Source: a virus (lineage: Duplodnaviria; Caudoviricetes). Taken from it: a stretch of DNA of 42,775 nucleotides. The notes under the pieces were generated by a model. The model was not told the origin of the DNA, searched no databases, and saw only the letters and a list, made by a program, of their open reading frames with translations. This document shows positions 16,316-26,213 of this stretch, piece by piece. Made by a program: the position numbers and the translations under genes. The stretch covers positions 1-42,775 of the IMG/VR virus record IMGVR_UViG_3300031825_000025; one strand, 5' to 3'. Positions within the stretch are counted from its first letter, which is position 1, and each line of letters begins with the position of its first letter.

Positions 16316-18447
16316 CAGGTGTCCAGCCTTCTCAGTCCGGCGGTCGTCTCCATGCGCGTCCACCCGTCGCCGGCCGTCCAGGTGTGGGAGAGGGTCAGGA
16401 GCACGCACTCGGTACCGTCCGGGATCCCGAGCCCGTCGCAGTCGTAGACCGCCACCCGCTCGCGGCGGCTCCGGACCACGTCCAGCGGCACGGAGAGGTC
16501 AATCTCCCGCTTCAATAGGAACGCCTCGCCCGCGAGGGCCTGGCAGTGCCCGGTCACGAGGCCGGTGTCCGGACTGCCGGAGAGCTCCTTGAGGCGGGTC
16601 TCGCGAAACGGGCTGAAGCGCTCGCTGGCGACGTTCGTCTCCGCGTCGGAGTCGTAGGTGTAGCGGAAGACCAACTGCCCATCCGGACCGGTGCCGTAGA
16701 CCAGGGCGGCCGTCGCGCTCTCCTTGAAGTCGATCCGGTACTTGATGGTCCGGAACTGCTTCCGCACCTCCGGTGGGTCGGTGTCGCCGTCTACCGGCGC
16801 GGACCGGTACTCCCAAGTGACCGTGGGCGCCACGTAGTCCTGCGGCGCCGTGTAGACCACGCCGGCGTCGTCGACACCCAGCTCCAGATTCCGCTCCAGG
16901 AAGATCCGGCTCAGCGTCTCCCACGGCAGCTCGCCCGTGCGGGTCAACTCGTTCGGCTCGTCCGGATTCCCGAGGGCGATGATCCCGCTCGCGCCGGCCG
17001 CGTGCCACGAGCGGTAGGACGTCCCCCGCCCGCGCGAGGCCAGGATCTCGTCGCCGGCGTCGTTCGGCGTCTGTCCGGAAAGCAGCAGGCAGGTGAACGG
17101 CGTCCACGGGTCGCGGCGGAAGATCGCGCTGGTGTTCGCCAGGTGGACGGTGAGGGAGATCTCGCTCAGGTCCTCACCCCAGCTCGCCTCGATCTCCTCC
17201 ACGTGGCCGACGAAACAGTCGTACGGTTCGGTCGTTTCGTCTGAAAGCACGTACCCCAGCTCCACCTCGCAGCGGCGCCACCGCAGCGCCACCAGGGAGA
17301 GCACGTCGAACGCGGAGACGGTGAAGGTGATCTCCGCCGTGCTCCCGTCCAGGCGGACCGGCTTCGTGATCTTGACGGAAGTGAGAGTGTCGTCCCAGGG
17401 CGTGGTGAAGTCGGTGCCGCCCGCCTGCACTTCCGGCGGCACCCGGTAGTGGGCGGCGTAGAGCACGGGGGCAAAGTGCCACGTAAACGGCGTGCCGGCG
17501 CCGGTGCTGGTCGGAGTGAGGGTGGCGCGCCACTGTGCCAGGCGCGCCACCGGGCTGCCCAGGTCCGTGAAGGCGACGGAGGTGCCCGTGGGCGCCGCGT
17601 AGCGGCTCTTGGCGAAGCTCACCACCCAGGAGACGCGTGCCCGTTCCAGCTCCTTCACGTGGCTCGTGAACGTGCCGGCGACAAACTGCAGCTGGTGACA
17701 GCCGAAGGTGATCGCCCCGCCGCGACCGCGCACGACCACCTTGGCCGCCGCAATCGAGAGTGTCTCATTCGGCGCGGGATACCACTCATAGGAGCCTGGC
17801 CGGCCCCACTCCATGGACACGCCGATCTGCCCGCGCAGGCACCGCACGTAGATGCCGATCGCCTTCTCGTCGGAGTAGCCGGAGCCCTTCGCCGGCTGCG
17901 GCAGGTCCGCCACCGCGCCCCAGTTCCCGGCTACGTACCGCACCAGGAAGGCGCCCTCTTTCGTGAACTCGACGCCCCATTCCCCGCCCAGCTCGATCCG
18001 GATGAACGGCGGATAGGTTGCGTAGTCCCAGTCGCTGGGGGTGTCCGGCAGATGCACGGTGAACGCGTACGACGCATCCTTTGGCGCCGTCCACGTGGAC
18101 GTGGCCGACCAGGCCGTCACGGTCGTCGTGGTGTCGTACTGCGAGAGCTGGTAGAACCGCTGGCCGCCGACCGAGGAACGCTCCTCTTCCCACCCGCCTC
18201 CGGAGGTGGTCCACTGGCTGAGGCGCGTATCCTTGGCGACGAGGATGGGGCGGCAGGTGAGGCCAATCCCCTCCAGATACTCCAGCTGCTGCGAGCGGTT
18301 CGTGTTCCGGCTGATGGCGCCGCTCTGCCAGTGCTGACTGAGCGGGCACTCCCAGCCCAGCCCGGGATCGAGGCAGATGGGGTCGCCGTGACCCGGTTCG
18401 AACACCCGTACGGAGGCGTAGGCATAATCGCGCGTGGGATCAGGCAT
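16315..18447 (-). CDS. Large tail-tip/baseplate hub-like protein
   Basis: 710 aa, second gene after the tape measure; C-terminal LSHTW...METTAGL pattern of hub proteins. Confidence 0.6.
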   Translation of the reverse strand: MPDPTRDYAYASVRVFEPGHGDPICLDPGLGWECPLSQHWQSGAISRNTNRSQQLEYLEGIGLTCRPILVAKDTRLSQWTTSGGGWEEERSSVGGQRFYQLSQYDTTTTVTAWSATSTWTAPKDASYAFTVHLPDTPSDWDYATYPPFIRIELGGEWGVEFTKEGAFLVRYVAGNWGAVADLPQPAKGSGYSDEKAIGIYVRCLRGQIGVSMEWGRPGSYEWYPAPNETLSIAAAKVVVRGRGGAITFGCHQLQFVAGTFTSHVKELERARVSWVVSFAKSRYAAPTGTSVAFTDLGSPVARLAQWRATLTPTSTGAGTPFTWHFAPVLYAAHYRVPPEVQAGGTDFTTPWDDTLTSVKITKPVRLDGSTAEITFTVSAFDVLSLVALRWRRCEVELGYVLSDETTEPYDCFVGHVEEIEASWGEDLSEISLTVHLANTSAIFRRDPWTPFTCLLLSGQTPNDAGDEILASRGRGTSYRSWHAAGASGIIALGNPDEPNELTRTGELPWETLSRIFLERNLELGVDDAGVVYTAPQDYVAPTVTWEYRSAPVDGDTDPPEVRKQFRTIKYRIDFKESATAALVYGTGPDGQLVFRYTYDSDAETNVASERFSPFRETRLKELSGSPDTGLVTGHCQALAGEAFLLKREIDLSVPLDVVRSRRERVAVYDCDGLGIPDGTECVLLTLSHTWTAGDGWTRMETTAGLRRLDT

Positions 18448-18450
18448 GGG

Positions 18451-19710
18451 TTAAGACCAGGTGCCGGCACCGGCGTTGGAGAGGTTGCGGCAGCGCAGCA
18501 CCGCAATCGCGGAGCTGGCGTTGACGTAGGAGAGCGTGAAGCCCCCATCGGGATTCCACTTGAGATCGGCCGCGTAATTGCCCGTGCCGGTCGCGATCTG
18601 GACCGGCGTGCTCCAGGTGCCCGGCGCTCCCGCGCTGTCGAGGGTGGCCACGGTGACGTACCAGTTGCTGTTACTGGTGGACTGCATCACCACGGCGAGC
18701 AGGTTGCGGGCTTCATCCCACGCGGCCGTTGGATTGCGGTAGCCACTGGCGATCACGGTCATGGCGGTTCCATAGGTGCGGCCGCGGTCGCGACTGCTCT
18801 TCAGCTTGATGGCCCCGCCGAGGCCGTAGACCACGTCCAGCACCAGCGAGGGGCGGCAGAGGATCGCCGCCTGGTCCGTGGTGCCCGTGTCCACCGCGAC
18901 GGATTGCACCAGCACCGGCAGGAGCGCGTCGCTGTAGCGCCGGGAGAAGACGCTGGTGATGTTGGCGGTTTCGGCGACGATCAGGCGGCCCACGTGATCG
19001 CGGACGTGGCGCACGCTCCGCACCGCCGGCGGTGCCGCGGTGGGGAGAATGACCTGTACGGCGATCCACCCGTAGATCTGGCCGCCTCCGGAAGCGCCGG
19101 TCTGGGTGAAGGTGGTGTTGACGCCGGAGGGGACCGTGTCCACCCAGACGGCTTCCGAGTTGTGCCCGGTGAAGCCAGCCGCCACCCAGTCGTGGTTTGC
19201 GACGTCCCCCGAACCCGTGTGGATGAGAGTGAGCGCGCCTCCCGCCCGCACAAAGAGCATCAAGCCGAGGACTAGCCCCCCGTTCGCGAGGACCCCGGAG
19301 CTTTGCGAGAACGACACGGGCGGCGTGATGCCATCCACGAAGGTGCCGCCGCCGCCCGCGCCCGCGCTGACGGCCGTGACGCCGGTGTCGTTGTCCGAGG
19401 TCCAGACCTGGACCCACGCTTCCCCGGAAGAGAAGGGGAAGATCTGGAGAGTGTCGCCCGCACTGACGGACGTGGTGAGCTTGCAGTGCAGGATCGCGAC
19501 GCTGCCGGCGTTGTTGCTCCGGTTGATGACGGAATAGACGTTGCCCCGGCTATCCGTGACGGTGGAACTGAACCCCGCGGACCACAGCGCGGTGCCCGTC
19601 GCCATGGTGAACAGCAGCCGCGTCCCCACGCCGTAGCCGGCGCCGTAGGTGTAGAGGTTGGTGCTGCCGACGAACGGGTAGTAGAGCGAGTCGACGAGGG
19701 AAAGCGCCAT
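18451..19710 (-). CDS. Tail-associated beta-rich protein
   Basis: 419 aa directly after the tape measure; VTDSRGNVY motif; C-terminal propeller-like part with SSRDRGRTY (BNR-like). Confidence 0.6.
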   Translation of the reverse strand: MALSLVDSLYYPFVGSTNLYTYGAGYGVGTRLLFTMATGTALWSAGFSSTVTDSRGNVYSVINRSNNAGSVAILHCKLTTSVSAGDTLQIFPFSSGEAWVQVWTSDNDTGVTAVSAGAGGGGTFVDGITPPVSFSQSSGVLANGGLVLGLMLFVRAGGALTLIHTGSGDVANHDWVAAGFTGHNSEAVWVDTVPSGVNTTFTQTGASGGGQIYGWIAVQVILPTAAPPAVRSVRHVRDHVGRLIVAETANITSVFSRRYSDALLPVLVQSVAVDTGTTDQAAILCRPSLVLDVVYGLGGAIKLKSSRDRGRTYGTAMTVIASGYRNPTAAWDEARNLLAVVMQSTSNSNWYVTVATLDSAGAPGTWSTPVQIATGTGNYAADLKWNPDGGFTLSYVNASSAIAVLRCRNLSNAGAGTWS

Positions 19711-22584
19711 CTATCCGCCCGCCGGCCCGATGAACCCGGCCTCGCGAGAGGCGCGGCGGGTCATCTCTTGGAACTGGGCGTACTGCTGCTGCGGCGAGGC
19801 GTTCGGGTCCAGCACGATCTGGAACACCATCGGCTGGCCGGCGGCAGCCGTGTTCGCCACCTGGCGCGCGTCCGCCGTCGCCGCCCGGGCGAGGTACGGA
19901 TCCGCCTGCGCCTGGCCGGCCACGGCGTTGAGCTGCCCCATCGCCACCATCATGCCGCGCCGCCCGATGCCGAGGCCCTTGAGCGACTCCAGGAGCTGCC
20001 CGCGCAGCTGCTCGCCACCGATCTGGCGCTGCACGCTCTCCACCCGCGTCTCCCCCTGGATGGGGCGCATCGCTTCCCGGTATTGCTCCAGCAGGAGCGG
20101 AATCATCGCCCGGGTGCGCTGGCGCTGGCTCAGGAGCGGGTTGTTTTTCAGCTGCAGCTCCGCGAGCTGCGCTTCCGCCGTCATCAGACTCTGGCGCTCG
20201 CGCGCCGCCTTGTGGGTTTCGGCGACGGCCCGCTTTTGCTCGTTGACGGCTTCCTTCGCGGCGTTTTGCTCCAGTTTGGCGACTTCGCGCTTGCTCTTGG
20301 AGATCTCCCCGATCGTTTTCCAGTAGTCCTCGCTGCCCTCCTTGTAGTTGCCGAGGTCGGCCGCGAGCTGGTCCTGTTCCTTTTGCAGTTCGGGGATGAG
20401 CTCGAGTGCGAGCGCGCGCGCTTCCTGGCCCGGCGCCGCTTCGGAGGCCTTCGCGACGGCTTCGTCTTTGGAGATCTGCAGTTCGGCATGGAACGCCTTT
20501 AAGGCTTCCGCCCCGGCTTTCTTCTGCTGGGCTTTCTCCGCTCGCGCGGCATTCGCGGCGAGGGTGCCCTTCTGGGCTTCCAGCGTCCAGTAATCCGTCT
20601 GGAGCTGCTGGTACTCTCTCAGCGTTTCCGGGTCCCGCTTGCCCTCTGCCACGAGCGCCCGGGCCTGGGTAACCAGATCCTGCTGCTTGGCCTCCAGCAC
20701 GGGCCGCATCAGCTCGTTTTCGCGGATCGCCCGGAGGTTCGGGTCCCCGTCCTCCCCTTCGCCCTTTGCCGCGCTCTGCGCGCGCGCCTGCAGGACGTAG
20801 TTGTCGAGGGCCTGGTTGTGGAGCGCGAACTGCTCGCGCTGGGCTTGCTTCGCGGTCTCGGCGGCCTTCTTGCGGTTTGCGGCGATCTCCTTCGCCGCGT
20901 CGCGCTGCATGCCCGCATTCTGCTCCTGGAGGTTGGTGGCTTCCTTCTGGAGTGCCCAGTAGCGCTGCGCCGCGTCCGCGTCCTCCCCGATCTTGGGCTT
21001 GAGCGCTTCCGCCTGCTTCAGCAGGTCTTGCCGGCGCGCTTCCAGGATCGGCGCCAGCTCCCGAGCTTCGCGCTGGTTCTTGGTCGACTCGTCGCCGGCC
21101 GCGAGCTGCGCCTTTGCCACGTTGAGCTGCGCGTCGAACTCGGCGTCCTTCGCCTTCGCAAACTTGGCTTTGTCTTCATCCGTGAGGATAGCCTTGGCAT
21201 TCGCGGCGGCCGCCACTCCCGGGGCCTGCACCTTCAAGAGCGCCTGATGCGGGCTCAGCCCGTCGTTCTCTTTCTTCCAGCGCGCTTTGACTTCGGCCTC
21301 CGTGGCCTGGTCCATCCCCGGCAGGCTGGTCGGATCTTTCGCGAGGCCCAGCTGCTGGGCGACCTGGCTCCCAATGATCCGGATCGAGCTGTTATCGCCC
21401 CGGAGATGGCCGAGGAAGGGGAGCGCCTTTCCGAGTAGCCCCTTCAGGCCGGTGCTCGCCACGGCGGCCTTCCCGCCTTGCATCACGGCAAGATCGGCCG
21501 CGGAATAACCGTAGGCGTTCACCGCCGCCGCTTCCGCTGCCGGCGCGGCCGCTGCGGCCGTCTTGCCGCCCAAGCCGAGCACCCCGCCCAAGCCTTTGAC
21601 CGCTGCCGGCAGCCCGACGAGCGTCTTGGCGGCATTCACGAGGCCCGTCACGCCGAGCAGCAGCGGGCCGACGACCGCCGTCACTCCCGCCACCGCTAGC
21701 GCGGTCTCTTTGAGCGGGTCCGGCAGCCCGCGAAAGGTCTCGATCAGCTCCTTCCCGGTGTGGACCGCGTCTTTGGCGAGGGGCAGCAGCTCGGTCCCCA
21801 CCTCCGCGCGGAGGTCCGCGAAGTCGGCTTCCAGGCTCTTCGTGGAGTTGGCCAGGCCGTCCGACGTGCGGGCGTAATCGCCCTGCGCCGTCTTGGTCTG
21901 CTCCATGATCAGCGCGTACGCGGCCTGGCTCTTGATGGCGGGGTCGAGGGCGTCCTTCGTGGTGCTGATCAAGCCCATTTTCAGGGCTTGCGTTTTGCGG
22001 GTCGCCTCCGAGAGGTTAACGCCGAACTTCCGGAGCGGCTCGCTTTCGCCGACCAGGCCGGAGCGCAGCGCGAGCATCGCCTCTTTGGCGTCGACATTGT
22101 TGAACGAGCCGAGGTCCGCCGCCAGCTGCACCAGGCTGGTGGACATGTCGGCGGCCTGCTTGCCGCCGAGGCCCATCGCCGTGAACAGGTTGCCGAGGGT
22201 CCCGCTGCTCTCCAGCGCCTCCTGGCGAGACATGCCCATCGCCTTGGCGGAAGTCTTTGACCAGTCCTCGATCTGCTTCGCGTTCTGGCCGAAGACGACG
22301 CCGACCTTGCTGAGGCTCTCGCTGGTGTCGGATGCCGCTTTGACGGAAGCCACCCCCATCGCCACCACGGGCGCCGTGACCCCCAGGCTCAGGCCGCGGC
22401 CCACCTTCTCCAGGCTGCTGGTGTCCAGCTTCTTGAGGCGCTCTCCGAAGCTCTGGACCTCGTCTCCGCTCTCCTTCGCTTTCTTGCCGACCTTCTCCAG
22501 CGACTCGGCGTCTTTCGCCAGGCCCCGCTGGAACTCGCGGTCGTCCACCTCGATAACGGCTTTTAGATTGATGAGGTCGGACAT
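19711..22584 (-). CDS. Tail tape measure protein
   Basis: 957 aa Ala-rich helical protein; LSLGVTAPVVAMG, LVQLAADLGSFNN, GESEPLRKFGV motifs; follows the chaperone genes. Confidence 0.92.
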   Translation of the reverse strand: MSDLINLKAVIEVDDREFQRGLAKDAESLEKVGKKAKESGDEVQSFGERLKKLDTSSLEKVGRGLSLGVTAPVVAMGVASVKAASDTSESLSKVGVVFGQNAKQIEDWSKTSAKAMGMSRQEALESSGTLGNLFTAMGLGGKQAADMSTSLVQLAADLGSFNNVDAKEAMLALRSGLVGESEPLRKFGVNLSEATRKTQALKMGLISTTKDALDPAIKSQAAYALIMEQTKTAQGDYARTSDGLANSTKSLEADFADLRAEVGTELLPLAKDAVHTGKELIETFRGLPDPLKETALAVAGVTAVVGPLLLGVTGLVNAAKTLVGLPAAVKGLGGVLGLGGKTAAAAAPAAEAAAVNAYGYSAADLAVMQGGKAAVASTGLKGLLGKALPFLGHLRGDNSSIRIIGSQVAQQLGLAKDPTSLPGMDQATEAEVKARWKKENDGLSPHQALLKVQAPGVAAAANAKAILTDEDKAKFAKAKDAEFDAQLNVAKAQLAAGDESTKNQREARELAPILEARRQDLLKQAEALKPKIGEDADAAQRYWALQKEATNLQEQNAGMQRDAAKEIAANRKKAAETAKQAQREQFALHNQALDNYVLQARAQSAAKGEGEDGDPNLRAIRENELMRPVLEAKQQDLVTQARALVAEGKRDPETLREYQQLQTDYWTLEAQKGTLAANAARAEKAQQKKAGAEALKAFHAELQISKDEAVAKASEAAPGQEARALALELIPELQKEQDQLAADLGNYKEGSEDYWKTIGEISKSKREVAKLEQNAAKEAVNEQKRAVAETHKAARERQSLMTAEAQLAELQLKNNPLLSQRQRTRAMIPLLLEQYREAMRPIQGETRVESVQRQIGGEQLRGQLLESLKGLGIGRRGMMVAMGQLNAVAGQAQADPYLARAATADARQVANTAAAGQPMVFQIVLDPNASPQQQYAQFQEMTRRASREAGFIGPAGG

Positions 22585-22646
22585 GGAGGAGTAGTAAGGA
22601 AGTCAAGCAAACTAGCGCATGCAATGAGCGCTTGGGAGGAATGAGG

Positions 22647-23192
22647 ATGGCGTTAGTACCGTGTCCGGCTTGTAGCAGGCCGATGGAGCAGAGCCGGCAA
22701 GTGTGCGTCTTCTGCGCACAGCAGGGCGTCAAGCCGCCGGAACCGAAGCGCTTCACGGTGCCGCAGCCTCAGCCCGTAGCGCAGCCAGCGCAGCCGGCCT
22801 ACCCGCCCCCACCGCGGCCCCAGTCGCCGCCGGCGAACAACTCGTGGGTCGGCGGCGTCGTGGCCCTGTTTTTCCTGTTCGGTGGATACGGCCCGGTGTC
22901 GCGGCTGCTGCATCCGCTGCCGGAATGGGAAGCCCGGGTGAGCGTCTTCCCGCCCGCGAAATACACCGGGGCGCTGATGATCACGTCTCCAGAAGGTAGC
23001 ACCACACGCTCCGTGGAAGGCTCCGGAACTGGCTCCTACCCGCTGGGAAAGGCGCAGATCGTCAGCATCAACTTCCAGAAGGGGACGGAAGACGGCACCA
23101 TCACCGTCACGCTCTACAAGAATGGCGAGGTCAACAAGACCGAGTCGAGCAGCGCGGCTTACGGGGTAGTTGGCTTCGCCGGCAGCGACTAG
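22647..23192 (+). CDS. Zn-ribbon + transmembrane + extracytoplasmic domain protein (moron, antisense to tail operon)
   Basis: MALVPCPAC...CVFC, Pro/Gln linker, WVGGVVALFFLFGGY TM, C-terminal SSSAAYGVV beta domain; GGAGG RBS. Confidence 0.75.
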   Translation: MALVPCPACSRPMEQSRQVCVFCAQQGVKPPEPKRFTVPQPQPVAQPAQPAYPPPPRPQSPPANNSWVGGVVALFFLFGGYGPVSRLLHPLPEWEARVSVFPPAKYTGALMITSPEGSTTRSVEGSGTGSYPLGKAQIVSINFQKGTEDGTITVTLYKNGEVNKTESSSAAYGVVGFAGSD

Positions 23193-23193
23193 C

Positions 23194-23735
23194 TCAGAAC
23201 GGTCGCCGGCGTTTCGCGAACTCCAGCTTGACCCGGTTCTCGACCGCTTCCGCGTGCTCGGCGATGGAGAGCCAGAGGGCCGGCCGGTCCAGCAACTCCC
23301 ACGGTGGGCAGCCCAGGTACTGCGCGGCCTTCACCAGGCGGAACCAGTCTGGACACGAGCCGCGGCGGCCGTAGGTGAGGAGCCAGGTTTCGAGGGCCCT
23401 GGCGCCCGCGGCTAGTTTGGGCGCTGATCGTCCCGGATCGCGACCCAGACACGCTGCTTGAACCGGATCGGCAGCTGCGCGATGGTCTCCTTCGTCACGG
23501 GAATGGCCAGGCCATCTTCATCCGCCAGGGTCCAGTCGCAAAGCAGCTCTTCGAGCACGTCATCCACGTCCATGGCATCGAGCTTCTGGATGAACGGCGT
23601 GTTGTATTTGCCGCAGTAGTAGCCGACCGTGACGGACTGCTCTCCCACCGGCACGGAGACTTCGCTCCGCTCGTTGAGGAGCACGGACAGGCTGAGCGCG
23701 GCGAGGGTGGCAACAGGGGCGAGGGCTTTACTCAC
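23194..23735 (-). CDS. Tail assembly chaperone, extended -1 frameshift product (gpGT-like)
   Basis: C CCA AAC slippery heptamer at 23421-23415; the -1 frame stays open to TGA at 23194 and reads ...LVKAAQYLGCPPWELLDRP.... Confidence 0.8.
23412..23735 (-). CDS. Tail assembly chaperone (gpG-like)
   Basis: GGAG RBS before GTG 23735; LLCDWTLADEDG...IPVT...LP motif; lies between tail tube and tape measure. Confidence 0.8.
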   Translation of the reverse strand: MSKALAPVATLAALSLSVLLNERSEVSVPVGEQSVTVGYYCGKYNTPFIQKLDAMDVDDVLEELLCDWTLADEDGLAIPVTKETIAQLPIRFKQRVWVAIRDDQRPN

Positions 23736-23863
23736 AAACGTGTCTCCGGGTCGTTGAATGGGTCGTGGGCCAATCCCGGCCCAGGGTGAAAGCGCAGCGG
23801 CCGCAGTGATGGCATGAACCATCACTGCGGCCGTAAGCGGTGCGGGCGGAGGCAGGGCGCCCT

Positions 23864-24829
23864 TTACGCGGCGACGTAGCCGTTGGTGAGGATGATCTCC
23901 ATAAACCCGCCCGTGGTGAGGTAGGTGGGCACGTAGACCGGCTGCAGCTCCCAGGTGGCGCCGAAGACGTCATCCTGATTGCCCAGCTTGGGCGTTTTGC
24001 GGAAGCGGAACGGGAAGGTGATCTGGAGGTCGTAGGCGTTGCCGGCGGTGAACTCCACCGCGCTGTGCGCCCGGATGCGCGCATACTTGGTGGTCTTCGC
24101 GCGCAGGGCGGTCAGGTAGCCGGACGACGCGGAGTCGTGCTCCAGCACGAGCTGCAGGCCGTACTGCGTCTTGCCTTTCTTCACCTTCTTGAAGGACGTG
24201 CTGCCGGTACCGCCGACGAAGTGCGGCATCCAGCGGTTCGCGACCGAGAACTCACTCTCCAGCCAGTCGATGGCCGCGAGGCTGCCCACGCTGTCCCCGA
24301 TCAGGATGTCCACCTTATCCGGGTCGATCAGTACCGCCGGCAGGTCGTCGGCGGCGCTGGTGAGCGTGATCCCTTCCGTGATCTTCTGCGCGAAGCCGCC
24401 GCCGTTGAAGGCCACGTCTTGCTTGTTCATCCGCATCCGGAAGTTGCTGTGCGTCCCGTAGCCCGCCTTTTCGGCGTAGACATCGCTGCCCGTCTCGAGG
24501 GTGTAAGCCTGGATGGGGTCCAGCCCCTTCGCGTCCGGAGCCCAGGTGAACGGGGAGTCGCCGCCCGGCGCGCCGAAGAGGCCGGAGAAGACCTGCTGCA
24601 GCCAGTTGTAGCAGCCGCCGCCTTCCCATTCGAAGGTGCTGTGCTCCTTCTCCCGGGAGTTGTCGTTCGGCACTTCCAGGCCGGCCGACTCGTGGAAGTG
24701 GTAGTCCCCTTCCGGGGTGAGGGTGAAGCGCTCCACGCCGAGGATGCGCTGGGTCGCGGCCACCAACGTGCCCGGCGTCACTTCCGGGCCGGTCTGGAGG
24801 CACTCCATTGATGTCGCTCTGGTGTCCAT
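23864..24829 (-). CDS. Major tail tube protein
   Basis: AAAGGA RBS; GPEVTPGT N-terminus; position after the tail terminator. Confidence 0.8.
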   Translation of the reverse strand: MDTRATSMECLQTGPEVTPGTLVAATQRILGVERFTLTPEGDYHFHESAGLEVPNDNSREKEHSTFEWEGGGCYNWLQQVFSGLFGAPGGDSPFTWAPDAKGLDPIQAYTLETGSDVYAEKAGYGTHSNFRMRMNKQDVAFNGGGFAQKITEGITLTSAADDLPAVLIDPDKVDILIGDSVGSLAAIDWLESEFSVANRWMPHFVGGTGSTSFKKVKKGKTQYGLQLVLEHDSASSGYLTALRAKTTKYARIRAHSAVEFTAGNAYDLQITFPFRFRKTPKLGNQDDVFGATWELQPVYVPTYLTTGGFMEIILTNGYVAA

Positions 24830-24913
24830 CCGGGTCCTTTCAAACAAACGGCCCGCCGTCACCGCGAGGTGGGGCAGGCCAGGAGCGGGGCGCCGTAGCG
24901 CGGTAGGTGGCGG

Positions 24914-25357
24914 TTAGCGCTTACAGCACTGCACTCGGTAGAGGCCGCCGACGTGGTTGTAGCGAGTGCCGCTGGTCTGGCCGGCGGGGTGCTCCAGGTA
25001 GCGGACGGCGGTGCTGCGGCGGATCCGGAACACGCGGTAATCCTGCTCGTCAATCGTGACGAGCCCTTCCGCCGCATTGAGGGCCGTGTCGATCGCGCTG
25101 GCCAGGGCATCGCCCGTGGTGAAGGTGTTGCCCTCGGTGATCCCCTTCACGAGCCAGAGGCCGCGCGCCAGGAGCCGGTTCCGCGAGCCGAAGCCCACCC
25201 GGTCGGCGTTCGGCGCCTGCAGGCGATAGAGGACGTAGGGGCGCACTTTGACGCCTGGCGCTTCCTCTTCGTAGACCCGGCCGGACACCAGCGCGACAAC
25301 GCCGGCGGCATTGATCAGGGTGTCGCGCAAAAACTGGGAGATGGCGGTTTCTTCCAT
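24914..25357 (-). CDS. Tail terminator/completion protein (DUF3168-like)
   Basis: VVALVSGRVYEEEAP...PYVLY motif. Confidence 0.8.
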   Translation of the reverse strand: MEETAISQFLRDTLINAAGVVALVSGRVYEEEAPGVKVRPYVLYRLQAPNADRVGFGSRNRLLARGLWLVKGITEGNTFTTGDALASAIDTALNAAEGLVTIDEQDYRVFRIRRSTAVRYLEHPAGQTSGTRYNHVGGLYRVQCCKR

Positions 25358-25851
25358 CAGTTGCCTTCCGCCGCGCGCCGCAATTCCAGCGTGATCGCGG
25401 CGCCGAAGCCCTCGCGAGCCTGTTCCGCCGCCGGCGTGAGGTAGGGTCGCGACTCGATGCTGCCGTCTTCCCGCCCGAACTCCAACGCCGCCGCCTGCTC
25501 GGCGTTGACGGACACCTCAGCGGAGGTCTCGCCGGTCATTCGGTGGCTCATGCTGCCGGCGAGGTTGCCGAACTCGTTGGCCGGCGCTTCCCCCGGAGCG
25601 GACGCCTGGTGCTCGGAAGCCGCTTTGCCCTTGTGGGCCGTGAACGAGGCGCGGCCGCCGCCTTTCGTGGCGAACTGCACCTGGTGCTCCCCGCGCTGGT
25701 AGACGCGGCCCGTTTTCGGCCCGCTGGTGATCGCCACCTGCGCGTGGGCCTGGACGTTCGCGGCCGTCTCCAGCACCACCCGTCCCAGGCGCGAGCGCGA
25801 GGCCCGCAAGCCGCGCAGGCCCACATCATTGACGGAGAGCTTGAGGCCCAT
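25357..25851 (-). CDS. HK97 gp10-like tail completion protein
   Basis: HQASAPGEAPANEFGNLAGS...ALEFG...RPYLTPA. Confidence 0.85.
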   Translation of the reverse strand: MGLKLSVNDVGLRGLRASRSRLGRVVLETAANVQAHAQVAITSGPKTGRVYQRGEHQVQFATKGGGRASFTAHKGKAASEHQASAPGEAPANEFGNLAGSMSHRMTGETSAEVSVNAEQAAALEFGREDGSIESRPYLTPAAEQAREGFGAAITLELRRAAEGN

Positions 25852-26213
25852 CAGTTTACCTTCCGGCAGGTCAGGAGCGCCTGCAGCGTCCGGCTGTGGC
25901 TGTCGCCGGCGTCCAGGATCTCATACAGCTGCCCGCCGATGCGGAGCTGATCGGTGGGGTAGATCTCCGTGCCGTGCGGCAGGCGCACCTCATACAGCAC
26001 GGACGCCACCACCTGGCCGGCCTCGCTCAGCTCGCCCTTCGGGGTCTTCCGGACGACTTCACACGCAACGGTGGCCACCACTTCCGGCTCGCCCGCCAGC
26101 TCACCGCCGCGGCCGTCATCCATGTCCTCTGAGCGCAGGATCTCCGCCGTCTGGTCCATCGTGTAGGTTTCGACGGTGGCGCGCATCGTCGCGAGCATGG
26201 AGGCGGAGAGCAT
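25851..26213 (-). CDS. Head closure protein
   Basis: DDGRGG...VRLPHGTEIYPTDQLRIGGQLYEI. Confidence 0.8.
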   Translation of the reverse strand: MLSASMLATMRATVETYTMDQTAEILRSEDMDDGRGGELAGEPEVVATVACEVVRKTPKGELSEAGQVVASVLYEVRLPHGTEIYPTDQLRIGGQLYEILDAGDSHSRTLQALLTCRKVN

